Shown here: piece by piece, positions 1 through 9,933 of the stretch | How positions within the stretch are numbered: position 1 is the first letter of the stretch | How the letters are laid out: each line of letters starts with the position of its first letter | NCBI GenBank assembly: GCA_026416455.1 | Contig: JAOAFE010000002.1 | Span: 24,212 to 88,211, forward strand | DNA length: 64,000 nucleotides | Direction: 5' to 3' | Source of the DNA: Syntrophales bacterium | GTDB taxonomy: Bacteria; Desulfobacterota; Syntrophia; Syntrophales; UBA8958 | Position numbers and translations under genes: made by a program | The notes under the pieces: model-generated | The model's database searches: none | Told to the model about the DNA's origin: nothing | Seen by the model: only the letters and a program-made list of their open reading frames with translations

Positions 1-48
1 ATGTAGGGGAAAGGGAGCGGGGCTTTTGTCCCGCCCCCCGATGGACTA

Positions 49-1596
49 TTACTTCTTCTCCACGGTCGAGAAGAGGCGGTAAGAAGTGTCAATGGGCGGC
101 ATGAGAGGCTCGATTTCTTTGTCGGGTTCAAAGAGGTTCCCGTAGATGGGATCGTCTTGCCACCCGTCGATACCGCAAGCCCTCTTGGCTGCTGCTACGT
201 ATCGTTTCCAATCGGCACTAAAATAGAGGAAGATTTGCTGTGCTGCCCGAGATCCTTCTCCGTGGATGTGATCTATTTGATAGTAGTTATGGGTCATATC
301 CTTGATAAGACGGATGAGCTTGAGTCGGTCTTCCGTTGGCACCCCCGCTTTGGCGGCGAGATACTTCTCAATATAATCATGCGTATCCGGGTTGATCCAA
401 TCTCGGTAGGTGGGTACAGTAGTGGCTATTCCACCACAGATATCTTGAGCGATCTTACACATCTCGTGGAAGTTGTCGGCAAAGGTAAATTTAGCTGAAT
501 TGGTGAGCATGAGATCGGGGACCATAATTCCCGAGGTAGGTTCTTTCGTGCCTTTTAGGCATGACATCTCACCTAAAGAAGCTACGGTTTGGGTGATCAT
601 GGCCATCCACGCGAGTTTATTTCTTATATGTTCATATTTTTCCAGGCCGTTGTATTCGGCAATAAGTCGGACGGCCCCGGTCAGCCTTTCTAATTCGCCG
701 ACCATCTTACAGGTACCGAAGAGGCGATGGAAGCTGGCGAAACCGTAAGTTAAATCCCGAGAAAACTGCCATTCACCACACATAAACACCCGTTCCCAGG
801 GGATGAAGACGTCGTCAAAGACGATTAGGCATTCTGTCGGTTGGAGATGCCAGGCGTGAGGGTAGTCCCAAGCTGCTTCTTCACCGTAGGTGCGTGTGAG
901 AGGTTCAACGGCGATCAGCTTAATGCCCGGTGTTCCCAGGGGAACGGCGAAGGAAAGGGCATAGTCCTTGTCTTCTTCCCCATGTGTGCGGCAGGGTAGG
1001 ACAATAGCTTCATTGGCACATGGAGTGGCGCTAATATGAATCTTGGCCCCACGTACGACGATGCCGTCTTTCTGCCGATCGATCACGCGAAGATAAAAGT
1101 CTTTATGCTGTACCTGTTTGGAGGGTCTTAGACTCCGGTCTCCCTTTACGTCTGTCATCGCTCCGGTGAGACCGATGTCGTTTTTTTGCAGGTAGCGGCG
1201 ATAGTTTTCAACCCTTTCGACATAGTTAGTTCCCAGGGCGCGGTCCATTTTATTTGCCGCAAGGGTTATCGCTGCGAGGGCGTCTACTCCCATACAATGC
1301 ACCAGAAATCCTCCGCCCGAGCGAATACCGGTTACGAAGCACTCCCGGCGGCGAAGAAGATCCTCGATGGTACGAGGCGCCGTCAGTAGAAAGTTAACAT
1401 CTTCACCGTCCTCATCCTGGGTGACGAACAGGTGGCGAAAGCGTGGGTCATGGGGCATGGCAAAATCCATGGCTGCGGAACGTATGATGGTGCGCAGCAT
1501 AGGATGAGTTCTTACGTCTTTGACCCTCTCGCCTAAACAATAGACGACTCTTCCATCGTTCAAACTTTCTAAATATTGCTCAACTGTTCTAATCAT
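49..1596 (-). CDS. 4-hydroxybutyryl-CoA dehydratase / vinylacetyl-CoA isomerase family protein (AbfD/HpaB superfamily)
   Basis: 515-aa ORF. The N-terminus MIRTVEQYLESLNDGRVVY and the blocks GAMTDVKGDRSLRPS, DGIVVRGAK and DKDYALSFAVP resemble Clostridium AbfD as I remember it. The His/Cys of SFHRLFGTCK are present, but the first Cys of the AbfD CxxxC motif appears replaced (GGGFLVHCMG). Confidence 0.7.
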   Translation of the reverse strand: MIRTVEQYLESLNDGRVVYCLGERVKDVRTHPMLRTIIRSAAMDFAMPHDPRFRHLFVTQDEDGEDVNFLLTAPRTIEDLLRRRECFVTGIRSGGGFLVHCMGVDALAAITLAANKMDRALGTNYVERVENYRRYLQKNDIGLTGAMTDVKGDRSLRPSKQVQHKDFYLRVIDRQKDGIVVRGAKIHISATPCANEAIVLPCRTHGEEDKDYALSFAVPLGTPGIKLIAVEPLTRTYGEEAAWDYPHAWHLQPTECLIVFDDVFIPWERVFMCGEWQFSRDLTYGFASFHRLFGTCKMVGELERLTGAVRLIAEYNGLEKYEHIRNKLAWMAMITQTVASLGEMSCLKGTKEPTSGIMVPDLMLTNSAKFTFADNFHEMCKIAQDICGGIATTVPTYRDWINPDTHDYIEKYLAAKAGVPTEDRLKLIRLIKDMTHNYYQIDHIHGEGSRAAQQIFLYFSADWKRYVAAAKRACGIDGWQDDPIYGNLFEPDKEIEPLMPPIDTSYRLFSTVEKK

Positions 1597-1627
1597 GCCT
1601 GCCCTCCTTTTTTAAACAAAGATGGCC

Positions 1628-2107
1628 TCATTTTGAAAGGCGAGTCCTGAGGTTGGAGAGACTTTTGAAGTGGCCTCGCTCTTCTTCTATTACTTGATCC
1701 ACGGTAGGGTGATCTTTTACTGGGACGAAACATTTAATTTCTTGATAGTAGAGGATGGAATCAAGTTCACGCCGAATGGCAAAATCTAAAGCTTCTTTTA
1801 CGTCTTTTATTTTGCCTAGCTCATTTTCCAGCATGTCTTTTTTGAAAATGATGTTACCGTCTACGTAGTTATGCAGATAAGCGGCGTATTCTCCATCGTA
1901 AGTTTCGGGCAGTCTTTCCTTTTCCAAGCTAGCAAAGATGCGTTCAAATAACTTGCGATGATTGGCTTCCGCTTGAGCTAGTTCTTGGAAGAGTCTCTTT
2001 ACTTCTTCGTCTCTTGCCAACTGTACGGCGAAGCGATAGAAGTTCTCCCCATTTTCTTCGATTCTCATGGCAAATTCCATAATGTCCGTCGCTTTGAACG
2101 TACTCAT
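1628..2107 (-). CDS. ferritin-like diiron protein (rubrerythrin family, no rubredoxin domain)
   Basis: The ORF track gives 1628..2122. I prefer the internal ATG (MSTFKATD...) because GAGGAGG lies 6 nt upstream on the minus strand. Two ExxH motifs (AEANH, EERGH) sit in a ~160-aa helical protein. Confidence 0.6.
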   Translation of the reverse strand: MSTFKATDIMEFAMRIEENGENFYRFAVQLARDEEVKRLFQELAQAEANHRKLFERIFASLEKERLPETYDGEYAAYLHNYVDGNIIFKKDMLENELGKIKDVKEALDFAIRRELDSILYYQEIKCFVPVKDHPTVDQVIEEERGHFKSLSNLRTRLSK

Positions 2108-2204
2108 TTTTTTCCTCCTCAAATTTTATGGTTTCTATATAGGGTAAAAGGGGCCTTCGTCTCAATATAATTTTTGTCCCTGTTGTAACCAAGCTAAATG
2201 AGGT

Positions 2205-2990
2205 ATGAAAAAGACTATGAAATATTGGTTCAAAATTCTTTTAATTGTAACTGCTTGTTCATGTTTTGGTATGGACTCCTCATCTGCCTCCGAATGGTTG
2301 GCTTCGGGACGGTGGACAAACGACTTTGACGTTGGTCCTGCTATTTCCAGAACGCAGCATTTTTATGAAATTTTACCGCGCAGGTATTTTCCCGATATAG
2401 ACCGTTGGGAGGATATCACAAGGCTTCACGATGGGGGCATTAAATTTTCCTGGGATGAGAATTTCATGTTTCGTCTAAGCGTCAAGGGTATCAGTGGATT
2501 AAGCATAAGCAAGAGGGAAAATCTCAATTTTGCCTTTCATGTTAATTATCTCTTCGATCGTGGTAAGGTCTGGATGCGAGAGCACAAGGAGGTTTCTTCT
2601 CTGGATTTTTCTCCTGGAAAAAGTGAGGAAAACGCACGTTTTTTTTCTTATCTTTTGCCTGCCGTTGACAGGAAAAACAAAAGACTTTTTACGCTCGTCC
2701 TTCAGTATAGGGCGGGAAAAACAGACCTCACAAGAGAGAACCGGGAAGTACTCAAAGGTCTTTTTCAATATTTGAAGAGGAATCGAGACGTATTTATTGT
2801 GATTACGGGAACGGTTAATGATATCTTTAAAAAGAGAGAAGAAAATTTAATTCTCTATATGATCCGAGTCGGCAAGGTAAGAAAAGAGATGATTATCGAG
2901 GAGGGGAAGGGTGACGGCAATGGTTATCCTTGGGTAGAGGTAAAACTGCAGGAGGAGAGAATATGTAAATTCTCCAAGGAAATTAACTAG
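2205..2990 (+). CDS. hypothetical lipoprotein / secreted protein, possibly with a degenerate OmpA-like C-terminal region
   Basis: 261-aa ORF. The N-terminus MKKTMKYWFKILLIVTAC has a positive n-region, a hydrophobic core and a lipobox-like VTAC. I recognise no family. The C-terminal FIVITGTVND...LILYMIRVGKVRKEMI loosely recalls OmpA_C. The gene looks more AT-rich than its neighbours by eye. Confidence 0.5.
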   Translation: MKKTMKYWFKILLIVTACSCFGMDSSSASEWLASGRWTNDFDVGPAISRTQHFYEILPRRYFPDIDRWEDITRLHDGGIKFSWDENFMFRLSVKGISGLSISKRENLNFAFHVNYLFDRGKVWMREHKEVSSLDFSPGKSEENARFFSYLLPAVDRKNKRLFTLVLQYRAGKTDLTRENREVLKGLFQYLKRNRDVFIVITGTVNDIFKKREENLILYMIRVGKVRKEMIIEEGKGDGNGYPWVEVKLQEERICKFSKEIN

Positions 2991-3065
2991 TAAATTCTGG
3001 ATATATTTTTTGTTCAGTGATAATAATGTGTATCAGAATTCACAGCAAATGAGGAGGACATTTCC

Positions 3066-3665
3066 ATGGCGCAGCGGAGGCGTAGTCAACTCGATGTTAA
3101 AGAAAGGCAGATGAATATAGTTAAAAAGGCGGCTCGGTTGTTTTTCAAAAAAGGGTATGCCCAAACGACCATGAGGGACATAGCACGGGCAACCAAAATC
3201 AATTTGGGAAATCTCTACAATTACATAGAGAGTAAAGAAGATATTTTATGTCACATTTTCTATATGTACCATGAGCCCTTTGCCGAATGGATTGAAAAAG
3301 AAAAGATAATGGAAATAGAAGATCCTCGGGTACAGCTGGAGAAGAGTGTGGAGAAGGTAGTGGAGATGATCAATAATTACCGTAAAGAAGTACTTCTCAT
3401 GTACCGGGAAACGAGGGTATTGCCGCCTAAGTTCATGAAGAGAGTGTTGGCAACGGAAGGATCGGTGGTTAGCTTCTTTGAGGGCATTTTAAAAAGAGGT
3501 ATGGATCAAGGAGTCTTTAAGATTAAAGACCCTTTTTTTTCTGCCAATATGTTAGTCTTCCAGATGTCCCTGTATGCCCTAAGAAGTTGGAATTTAAAAA
3601 GATACTCGCAGGAAGAAATTAAGAAACTCATGGTAGAATCAATCATGGCGAGCGTTCTTCCATGA
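3066..3665 (+). CDS. TetR/AcrR family transcriptional regulator
   Basis: The N-terminal HTH KKAARLFFKKGYAQTTMRDIARATKINLGNLYNYIESKEDIL is the TetR_N signature. Length is ~200 aa and GAGGAGG lies upstream. Confidence 0.85.
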   Translation: MAQRRRSQLDVKERQMNIVKKAARLFFKKGYAQTTMRDIARATKINLGNLYNYIESKEDILCHIFYMYHEPFAEWIEKEKIMEIEDPRVQLEKSVEKVVEMINNYRKEVLLMYRETRVLPPKFMKRVLATEGSVVSFFEGILKRGMDQGVFKIKDPFFSANMLVFQMSLYALRSWNLKRYSQEEIKKLMVESIMASVLP

Positions 3666-3728
3666 TCAATCAAATTCAAGAAAATTATTGACAAAATCTC
3701 TCTATGCAATTAGGAAAATCCGCTTCTT

Positions 3729-4754
3729 ATGAACGTGCCTAGGGATTCGAAAGTGAAGATAAGTCGGAAGCGGGCGATCGAAATTATCGATCGATTCCAG
3801 GCAGCCCATGTGCTCGTGGTTGGAGATATCATGGTAGATCATTTCATCTGGGGTAAAGTTGCCCGTATATCCCCGGAAGCGCCCGTACCGGTCGTCGAAG
3901 TGCAGAAAGATAATATCATGCTCGGTGGATCGGCCAACGTTATGAATAATATCAAATCTTTGGATGGTCAGGTTTACGGGGTGGGAATTGTCGGTGCGGA
4001 CGAGATGGGAAAGAGGCTGATTGCCGAACTAAAAAAGAAAAACATAGATACGGAGGGAATTTTTGTTGAGACCGGTAGACCTACGACAATAAAGACGAGA
4101 ATTGTTGCCCACGGTCAACAGGTGGTAAGGTTTGATCGAGAAAGTAGGAAAGAAGTGAATCGGCATATGACAGAACGGATGCTGGCCCGCGTCGAGTCTC
4201 TCTTGCCTTTCATTCGGGTAATCGTCATCTCCGATTACAATAAAGGAGTGGTCACCAAGGAGCTGGTCACGGGTCTTACAAGATTGGCTGCTAATAGGGA
4301 TGTGATGATCTGTGTGGATCCCAAAAAAACGGATTTTTCCGTTTATCAGGGTGTTCACGTTATCACGCCCAATCATCACGAAGCGGAGAGGGCAATAGGA
4401 ATTGAGATCTCAAATCGGCGTTCTTTAAATAGGGTAGGAGAAGAATTGATCAGGCGTTATGCCTTTAAGGCCGCCTTGATAACCAGGGGCGAGCAGGGCA
4501 TGAGCCTGTTCGAGCGAGACACCACTATTATACACACGGAATTGCCAGCCGATGCGAAAGAAGTCTTCGATGTGACAGGAGCCGGAGATACAGCTATTGG
4601 TACATTTGCCCTGGCGGTGGCTTCGGGAGCAACTCTTAGAGAAGCAGCGTTTCTTGCAAACAAAGCGGCAGGAGTAGTTGTGGGTAAGACGGGAACGGCG
4701 ACGGTAACTCGCAGAGAGCTGAAGCGAGTGCTCAGAGATTATGGATCAGCTTAA
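3729..4754 (+). CDS. hldA: D-glycero-beta-D-manno-heptose-7-phosphate kinase (RfaE domain I type, PfkB family)
   Basis: 341 aa. VLVVGDIMVDHFIWGKVARISPEAPVPVV and the C-terminal DVTGAGDT...GKTGTATV match stand-alone RfaE kinase domains. No adenylyltransferase domain is fused. Confidence 0.75.
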   Translation: MNVPRDSKVKISRKRAIEIIDRFQAAHVLVVGDIMVDHFIWGKVARISPEAPVPVVEVQKDNIMLGGSANVMNNIKSLDGQVYGVGIVGADEMGKRLIAELKKKNIDTEGIFVETGRPTTIKTRIVAHGQQVVRFDRESRKEVNRHMTERMLARVESLLPFIRVIVISDYNKGVVTKELVTGLTRLAANRDVMICVDPKKTDFSVYQGVHVITPNHHEAERAIGIEISNRRSLNRVGEELIRRYAFKAALITRGEQGMSLFERDTTIIHTELPADAKEVFDVTGAGDTAIGTFALAVASGATLREAAFLANKAAGVVVGKTGTATVTRRELKRVLRDYGSA

Positions 4755-4769
4755 AAACGACAGATAGCT

Positions 4770-5303
4770 ATGAGCCAATTAAGGCCACCGGAGCCGGTAA
4801 AACTAGTCATGAGCCTTCTCTCTCCTGAAAGGATAATTATTGCCGCTATTATACGAGAGCTGGTAAAAGCTTATGGCGAACCTGATATTATAAGTAAATT
4901 TTTCGCCTTCCCTTTTACTGATTACTATGAACGGGAAATGGGAAGCCAATTGGAGAGGAGAATGGTTTCTTTCAATAACCTTGTTTCTCCCGAAGCACTA
5001 CCGGAAATTAAGTTATTCACCACGGAAGTAGAGTCTAAGTGGGCGCGGGAAGGAAAAAGGGTAATAAACATAGATCCCGGTTATGTTGCCTTAGCCCATC
5101 TCATCCTCGCCACGGGTAAGGGATATACTCACCGACCATACTTACGCTCTGGTGTCTATGCTGACTTGACGCTGATTTACCAAGATGGAGATTTCCGAAC
5201 TCTTCCCTGGACATATCCAGATTATGGCTCGACAGAAATGTTAACCTTCTTGAGGAAGGTGCGTGCTAAATATTTAAAACAACTTCGTATCTTGAAGGGA
5301 TAA
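4770..5303 (+). CDS. DUF4416 family protein
   Basis: 177 aa. FTDYYEREMG ... RVINIDPGYV ... LILATGKGYTHRPYL resembles the DUF4416 family as I remember it. Function unknown. Confidence 0.6.
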   Translation: MSQLRPPEPVKLVMSLLSPERIIIAAIIRELVKAYGEPDIISKFFAFPFTDYYEREMGSQLERRMVSFNNLVSPEALPEIKLFTTEVESKWAREGKRVINIDPGYVALAHLILATGKGYTHRPYLRSGVYADLTLIYQDGDFRTLPWTYPDYGSTEMLTFLRKVRAKYLKQLRILKG

Positions 5304-5306
5304 GCC

Positions 5307-6182
5307 ATGTTGCTCAGCATGACGGGATTTGGGCGCTCCGAAGCCCTTTGGCAGGGGAAAAAAGTCGTAGTAGAGATGAAGTCTCTAAACCACCGTTACC
5401 TCGATGTAACTGTGAGAACACCCCAAGCCCTTTCACTCTATGAAATTGAGATAAAGAAAAAGATCGGAGAGCGGTTTTCTCGAGGCAAGGTTGATGTGAC
5501 GATCAGAGTAGAGAGCGATGCCAATGGCGATCGGGCAGTCAGTCTCAACTTGGAAAAGGCACGCCGTTATTTACAATTGTTCTCCCTTTTGAAAGAGGAG
5601 CTCTCATTGGCTGGGGAGATCGAATTGTCTCTCTTCAAAGACCTGCGGGATGTATTTGAAATGGAGGATTACAACCAAATTTCCATCCCCTGGGAAGTGA
5701 TGGAAGAAATCTTAGAGGGAGCGATTTCTAATCTTACGGAGATGAGAATATCAGAGGGCGAGGCCTTAAAGAAGGACATTATAGGTCGCATGGCCGTGAT
5801 CAAAGGCTTGCTGAAAGAAATCTTGGTGCGGGCTCCGGTCGTCCTCCAAGAGTACCGGGTTCGGTTGACCAACCGGATAAAGGAACTTTTAGGCAACCAT
5901 CCTTTTGATGAATACCGGGTCTATCAGGAAGTAGCTATCATGGCCGAGAAGAGCGATATTACTGAGGAACTGGTAAGGATGGAAAGCCACTTGAATCAGT
6001 TATCTCTTCTCGTCTCCGAAGGGCAGACGGTGGGCAGGAAATTGGATTTTCTCATTCAAGAAATGATGAGAGAAATAAATACGCTGGGAGCCAAGAGTAA
6101 CGATGGGGAGATAACGCGGTTGGTTATAGAAATAAAAAGTGAGCTGGCCAAACTGAGGGAACAGGTGCAGAACATTGAGTGA
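5307..6182 (+). CDS. yicC: YicC/YloC family stress-induced protein
   Basis: 291 aa. Starts MTGFGRSE and has the C-terminal block REINTLGAKSND...IKSELAKLREQVQNIE typical of YicC. Confidence 0.85.
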   Translation: MLLSMTGFGRSEALWQGKKVVVEMKSLNHRYLDVTVRTPQALSLYEIEIKKKIGERFSRGKVDVTIRVESDANGDRAVSLNLEKARRYLQLFSLLKEELSLAGEIELSLFKDLRDVFEMEDYNQISIPWEVMEEILEGAISNLTEMRISEGEALKKDIIGRMAVIKGLLKEILVRAPVVLQEYRVRLTNRIKELLGNHPFDEYRVYQEVAIMAEKSDITEELVRMESHLNQLSLLVSEGQTVGRKLDFLIQEMMREINTLGAKSNDGEITRLVIEIKSELAKLREQVQNIE

Positions 6183-6804
6183 GAGAGGACTACTGATCAT
6201 AGTTTCGGCTCCCTCTGGCACGGGGAAGACGACCATCTGCAGAAAGGTGCTAAAGGCATGTCCGAGGCTCGAATTCTCTGTCTCCTATACAACGAGGAAG
6301 CCCCGTCCCGGGGAGGTAGATGGAAGGGATTATCATTTTATTTCGGAGGAGGAATTCAAAGCTCGTATCGAAAAAGGTGAATTTGTTGAGTGGGTCGTGA
6401 ACTATGATAATTATTATGGCACATCAGGTGTCGATCTAGAGGAGAAATTAAAGCGCGGAAGAGACGTAATGCTCGATATTGAATTTCGGGGGGCTCAGGC
6501 GATCAAGGAAAGATACCAAGATGGTGTGTTTGTCTATATCTTACCTCCTGACCTTACGGAGTTGAAAAATCGGTTGGGAAAGAGGGGCTTTGAAAGCCCC
6601 ATGGTAATTGAGAAGAGATTCAATCAGGCCTTAGAAGAAATAGCCTCTATTTTTTGGTATGATTACGTCGTATTTAACGATAAACTCGAGGAGGCGGTAG
6701 AGACGTTAAAAGCTATCTATGTGGCGGAAAAGAGCCGTCGCTCTCGTTTGGAACACCGCATAAAAGAGTTTCTGGCGAGGGAGAAGGAGCGTAAATTATT
6801 TTAG
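6175..6804 (+). CDS. gmk: guanylate kinase
   Basis: P-loop SAPSGTGKTT plus YTTRKPRPGEVDGRDYHF. TTG start overlapping the yicC stop by 8 nt. Confidence 0.9.
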   Translation: MSERGLLIIVSAPSGTGKTTICRKVLKACPRLEFSVSYTTRKPRPGEVDGRDYHFISEEEFKARIEKGEFVEWVVNYDNYYGTSGVDLEEKLKRGRDVMLDIEFRGAQAIKERYQDGVFVYILPPDLTELKNRLGKRGFESPMVIEKRFNQALEEIASIFWYDYVVFNDKLEEAVETLKAIYVAEKSRRSRLEHRIKEFLAREKERKLF

Positions 6805-6816
6805 GAGGATTTAAAA

Positions 6817-7086
6817 ATGGCGAGAATTACAGTAGAGGATGCACTGAAAGAGGCGAAAAATAGATTTGCCCTGGTGCTTCTCGCATCCAATCGGGCGAAG
6901 CAACTTCTTAAAGGGGCCAAGCCTTTAGTAGAATCCAATAATCGTGAGATTGTAACGGCATTAAGAGAGATTGCGGCTGGAAAAGTTACTTATGCTCATC
7001 CGGAGTATCTCGTGAACACGAAGGATAATTTCAGGCAGATAGAAGACCATACGGAATTCATCGATGATGACGATGATACAGAATGA
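6817..7086 (+). CDS. rpoZ: DNA-directed RNA polymerase subunit omega
   Basis: 89 aa. [30 protein letters not shown] is the RpoZ signature. The gmk-rpoZ order is conserved. Confidence 0.9.
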   Translation: MARITVEDALKEAKNRFALVLLASNRAKQLLKGAKPLVESNNREIVTALREIAAGKVTYAHPEYLVNTKDNFRQIEDHTEFIDDDDDTE

Positions 7087-7843
7087 TAATCCCTGTGGGC
7101 GCCTCATCTTTGCCTTAGATCTCAGCGAGGATTTTGCGGGGATCATGGCTTGGGTGAGGAGGTTAAAGGACCGCGTAGGGATGTTTAAGGTGGGAAAAGA
7201 GCTATTCACGAGATTCGGTCCCCCCATAGTGGAGGCAATAAAAAATGAGGGAGCGGAGGTTTTCCTGGACCTTAAGTTCCATGACATCCCCTCAACGGTT
7301 GCCCACGCAGCAGAAGGGGCGGTGAGGTTGGGGGTGAGGATGTTTAACGTTCATGCCTTAGGGGGTGAAGAGATGATGCGGGCAGCTGTCCATACTGCTT
7401 CGCAAAGGGCAAATGAATCGGGTCAATCAGCCCCTATTGTACTGGCGGTTACGGTCCTTACGAGTCTATCGGAAGGGGATCTTGCGGAAATAGGTTTTAG
7501 TTTAAGGGTGCCCGATCTGGTTTCGCGATTGGCTATCTTGGCAAAGAAGGCGGGCATACATGGAGTCGTTTGTTCACCTCAAGAGATCGGTCTTTTGCGA
7601 CCTCAAGTGGGTGATGATTTCTTCATTGTTACACCGGGCGTGAGGGGAGGCAATAGTGTGCCGGGTGATGATCAAAAAAGGACTCTTTCGGCCCGAGAAG
7701 CGATCGCTGCCGGGGCCGATTACCTGGTCGTAGGCCGACCTATCAGATGGGCACCAAATCCGGAAGCCGCTGCTGATGCGTTGGCCGCCGAAATAGGGAA
7801 GGGGTTGGAAGATCGTAAGCAATGCCAACCATCTACGGCATAA
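7064..7843 (+). CDS. pyrF: orotidine 5'-phosphate decarboxylase
   Basis: Motifs [27 protein letters not shown] and VVGRPI. The start is uncertain among ATGs at 7064, 7067 and 7073, and overlaps the rpoZ end. Confidence 0.9.
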   Translation: MMTMIQNDNPCGRLIFALDLSEDFAGIMAWVRRLKDRVGMFKVGKELFTRFGPPIVEAIKNEGAEVFLDLKFHDIPSTVAHAAEGAVRLGVRMFNVHALGGEEMMRAAVHTASQRANESGQSAPIVLAVTVLTSLSEGDLAEIGFSLRVPDLVSRLAILAKKAGIHGVVCSPQEIGLLRPQVGDDFFIVTPGVRGGNSVPGDDQKRTLSAREAIAAGADYLVVGRPIRWAPNPEAAADALAAEIGKGLEDRKQCQPSTA

Positions 7844-8565
7844 ATCCCATCAAGGAATTTCTCAAGGCTGATCCCGGAAGCTTTGAGAAAATCTTCGTTT
7901 CTCGTAGTCGGCGGGGAAAAGAAATAGAAGAAATAAACCGGCTTGCGGAAGAGGCAGGGGTTGAGATGGCGGTCGTGGAAGGCCGACAATTGGAAAAAAT
8001 GGTGGGGCACGTCGTTCATCAAGGGGTCGTCGGCCTCTTGAGGGAATTCAAATACTCTTCTCTGGATGATATAGTGGCCAATCGTCGGGCGGAAATGGCG
8101 GGGGACTTAGTGGTCTTAGCGGACGAAATAGTGGACCCCCATAATCTGGGGGCCATCATCAGGACGGCTTATTTGATGGGTGCCAATGGCATCGTTGTTC
8201 CCGCGCGCAGGGCGTCGACAGTTACAGCCACGGTCTTTAAAACCTCCGCCGGCGCTGTGCGCTATCTTCCCATCGCGAGAGAAACAAATTTGGCGCACGT
8301 AATCGAGGTACTGAAAAAAAAGGGATATTGGATTTATGCCGCGGAAGCTGGGGCTGAAAAGACACTGGAAGAAATGGAGTTCAAGGGAAGTGTAGCACTT
8401 GTGGTTGGGAGTGAAGGGAGAGGCGTAAGGAGGCTGCTTAGAGAAAAAGCAGATTTTCTTTTTTCCATTCCTATGATAGGCAGAATTAATTCACTTAACG
8501 TGTCGGTGGCAACGGGGATTGTGACTTATAAAATATTTTCTTCATTAAGAAGGCGGGTGGGTTGA
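7822..8565 (+). CDS. rlmB: 23S rRNA (guanosine-2'-O)-methyltransferase, SpoU/TrmH family (RlmB-like)
   Basis: N-terminal [11 protein letters not shown] substrate-binding domain, then the SpoU motifs DEIVDPHNLGAIIRTA, VVGSEGRGVRRL and SLNVSVATGI. Confidence 0.85.
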   Translation: MPTIYGINPIKEFLKADPGSFEKIFVSRSRRGKEIEEINRLAEEAGVEMAVVEGRQLEKMVGHVVHQGVVGLLREFKYSSLDDIVANRRAEMAGDLVVLADEIVDPHNLGAIIRTAYLMGANGIVVPARRASTVTATVFKTSAGAVRYLPIARETNLAHVIEVLKKKGYWIYAAEAGAEKTLEEMEFKGSVALVVGSEGRGVRRLLREKADFLFSIPMIGRINSLNVSVATGIVTYKIFSSLRRRVG

Positions 8566-8566
8566 G

Positions 8567-9778
8567 ATGCCGACCTACGTGTGGGAAGGAGTTACGAGAA
8601 AAGGGGAGACTAGAAAAGGAGAAATAGAGGGCCCCGATGAGGCAACGGTCAGAGGTATTCTGCGTCGGCAGGGGTTTCGAACCTTAAACGTCAAGGAAAA
8701 GCCGAAGGATATTTCCGAATATCTCACGTTTCTCCAGCCCAAGGTTAAGGAGAAAGACGTTGTAGTCTTTGCCCGTATCTTTGCCACTATGATTAATGCT
8801 GGTCTTCCCCTCATTCAGTGTCTAGATCTCTTGGCTCAGGAAGAGCAGAACAAGACGTTCAAAAAGGTTATTAAGGCTATTAAGGAGGATATTGAAGCAG
8901 GATCTACTCTAACGGACGCTCTGAAAAAGTATCCCAAGATCTTCGATGAGCTATTTGTAAATTTGGTGGCGGCTGGTGAAAGTGGTGGTATTCTTGATGT
9001 CATTTTGCAGAGGCTTTCCAATTATATGGAAAAGGCGATGAAGCTGAAATCGAAGGTCAAGGGGGCGATGACCTATCCCGCCAGTGTGCTTGTCATATCC
9101 ATTGGTGTTGTTACCCTTCTTTTGCTCAAGGTTATCCCCGTGTTTCAGAAGATGTTTGAAGGGATGGGAGGTGAGCTTCCAGCCCCTACGCAGTTCCTCG
9201 TCAATGCCAGCGCCTTCATGCAGAGTTATTTTCTCTATATGGTTGGAATCGTGGTGGCCGTGGGCATTGTTTTCAATAGGTTCAAAAGTACGGAAAAGGG
9301 GCGGTACATACTGGATGGACTTGTCCTAAAATCACCGGTCTTCGGTCCTCTGTTAAAGAAGGTAGCCGTTGCCAAGTTTACCCGTACCATGTCCACGATG
9401 ATGTCCAGTGGGGTCCCTATTTTGGAGGGGCTTGCCATCGTTAGCAAGACAGCGGGTAACGTAATTATAGAGCAGGCTTTGATGAATGTGAGGAAAAGTA
9501 TTTCAGAAGGAAAACCCATTGCCGAACCCTTAGCCGAGACGGGGATTTTCCCTCCCATGGTGGTGCAGATGATAGCCGTAGGAGAGGCCACAGGGGCTCT
9601 GGATCAAATGTTGGCGAAAATCGCCGATTTTTACGATGACGAAGTGGATGCAGCAGTCGAAGCCATGACTTCTCTTCTGGAGCCTTTTATGATGGTGTTT
9701 CTTGGTGGTGTGGTAGGTGGAATGATTATCGCCATGTACCTACCTATCTTCAAGATGGCTTCGGTAGTGGGTGGATAA
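8567..9778 (+). CDS. pilC: type IV pilus assembly / type II secretion platform protein (PilC/GspF family)
   Basis: 403 aa with two T2SSF repeats, three TM segments and the C-terminal [14 protein letters not shown]. No pilB/pilT ATPase is adjacent. Confidence 0.85.
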   Translation: MPTYVWEGVTRKGETRKGEIEGPDEATVRGILRRQGFRTLNVKEKPKDISEYLTFLQPKVKEKDVVVFARIFATMINAGLPLIQCLDLLAQEEQNKTFKKVIKAIKEDIEAGSTLTDALKKYPKIFDELFVNLVAAGESGGILDVILQRLSNYMEKAMKLKSKVKGAMTYPASVLVISIGVVTLLLLKVIPVFQKMFEGMGGELPAPTQFLVNASAFMQSYFLYMVGIVVAVGIVFNRFKSTEKGRYILDGLVLKSPVFGPLLKKVAVAKFTRTMSTMMSSGVPILEGLAIVSKTAGNVIIEQALMNVRKSISEGKPIAEPLAETGIFPPMVVQMIAVGEATGALDQMLAKIADFYDDEVDAAVEAMTSLLEPFMMVFLGGVVGGMIIAMYLPIFKMASVVGG

Positions 9779-9782
9779 AAAA

Positions 9783-9859
9783 TGGTCGGGATGGCGCGAT
9801 TTGAACGCGCGACCCCTGCGTCCCGAACGCAGTGCCCTACCCAGCTGGGCCACATCCCG
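9783..9859 (-). tRNA. tRNA-Pro (anticodon CGG)
   Basis: Reverse complement is CGGGATGTGGCCCAGCTGGGTAGGGCACTGCGTTCGGGACGCAGGGGTCGCGCGTTCAAATCGCGCCATCCCGACCA. It has a 7-bp acceptor stem CGGGATG/CATCCCG, anticodon stem CTGCG/CGCAG with loop TTCGGGA, T-loop TTCAAAT and an encoded CCA. Confidence 0.93.
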
Positions 9860-9933
9860 ATGCTTTTTTAATATATAAAAATAAGGCACGTGTCCATATT
9901 TTTTTGGTGAGGAGAAAGTGAGGACAGCTTATT

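Noticed and set aside
1-48. GCGGG/CCCGC hairpin downstream of the AbfD-like gene as a terminator
   Set aside because: The stem is only 5 bp, there is no U-tract on the minus strand, and the window edge truncates the context.
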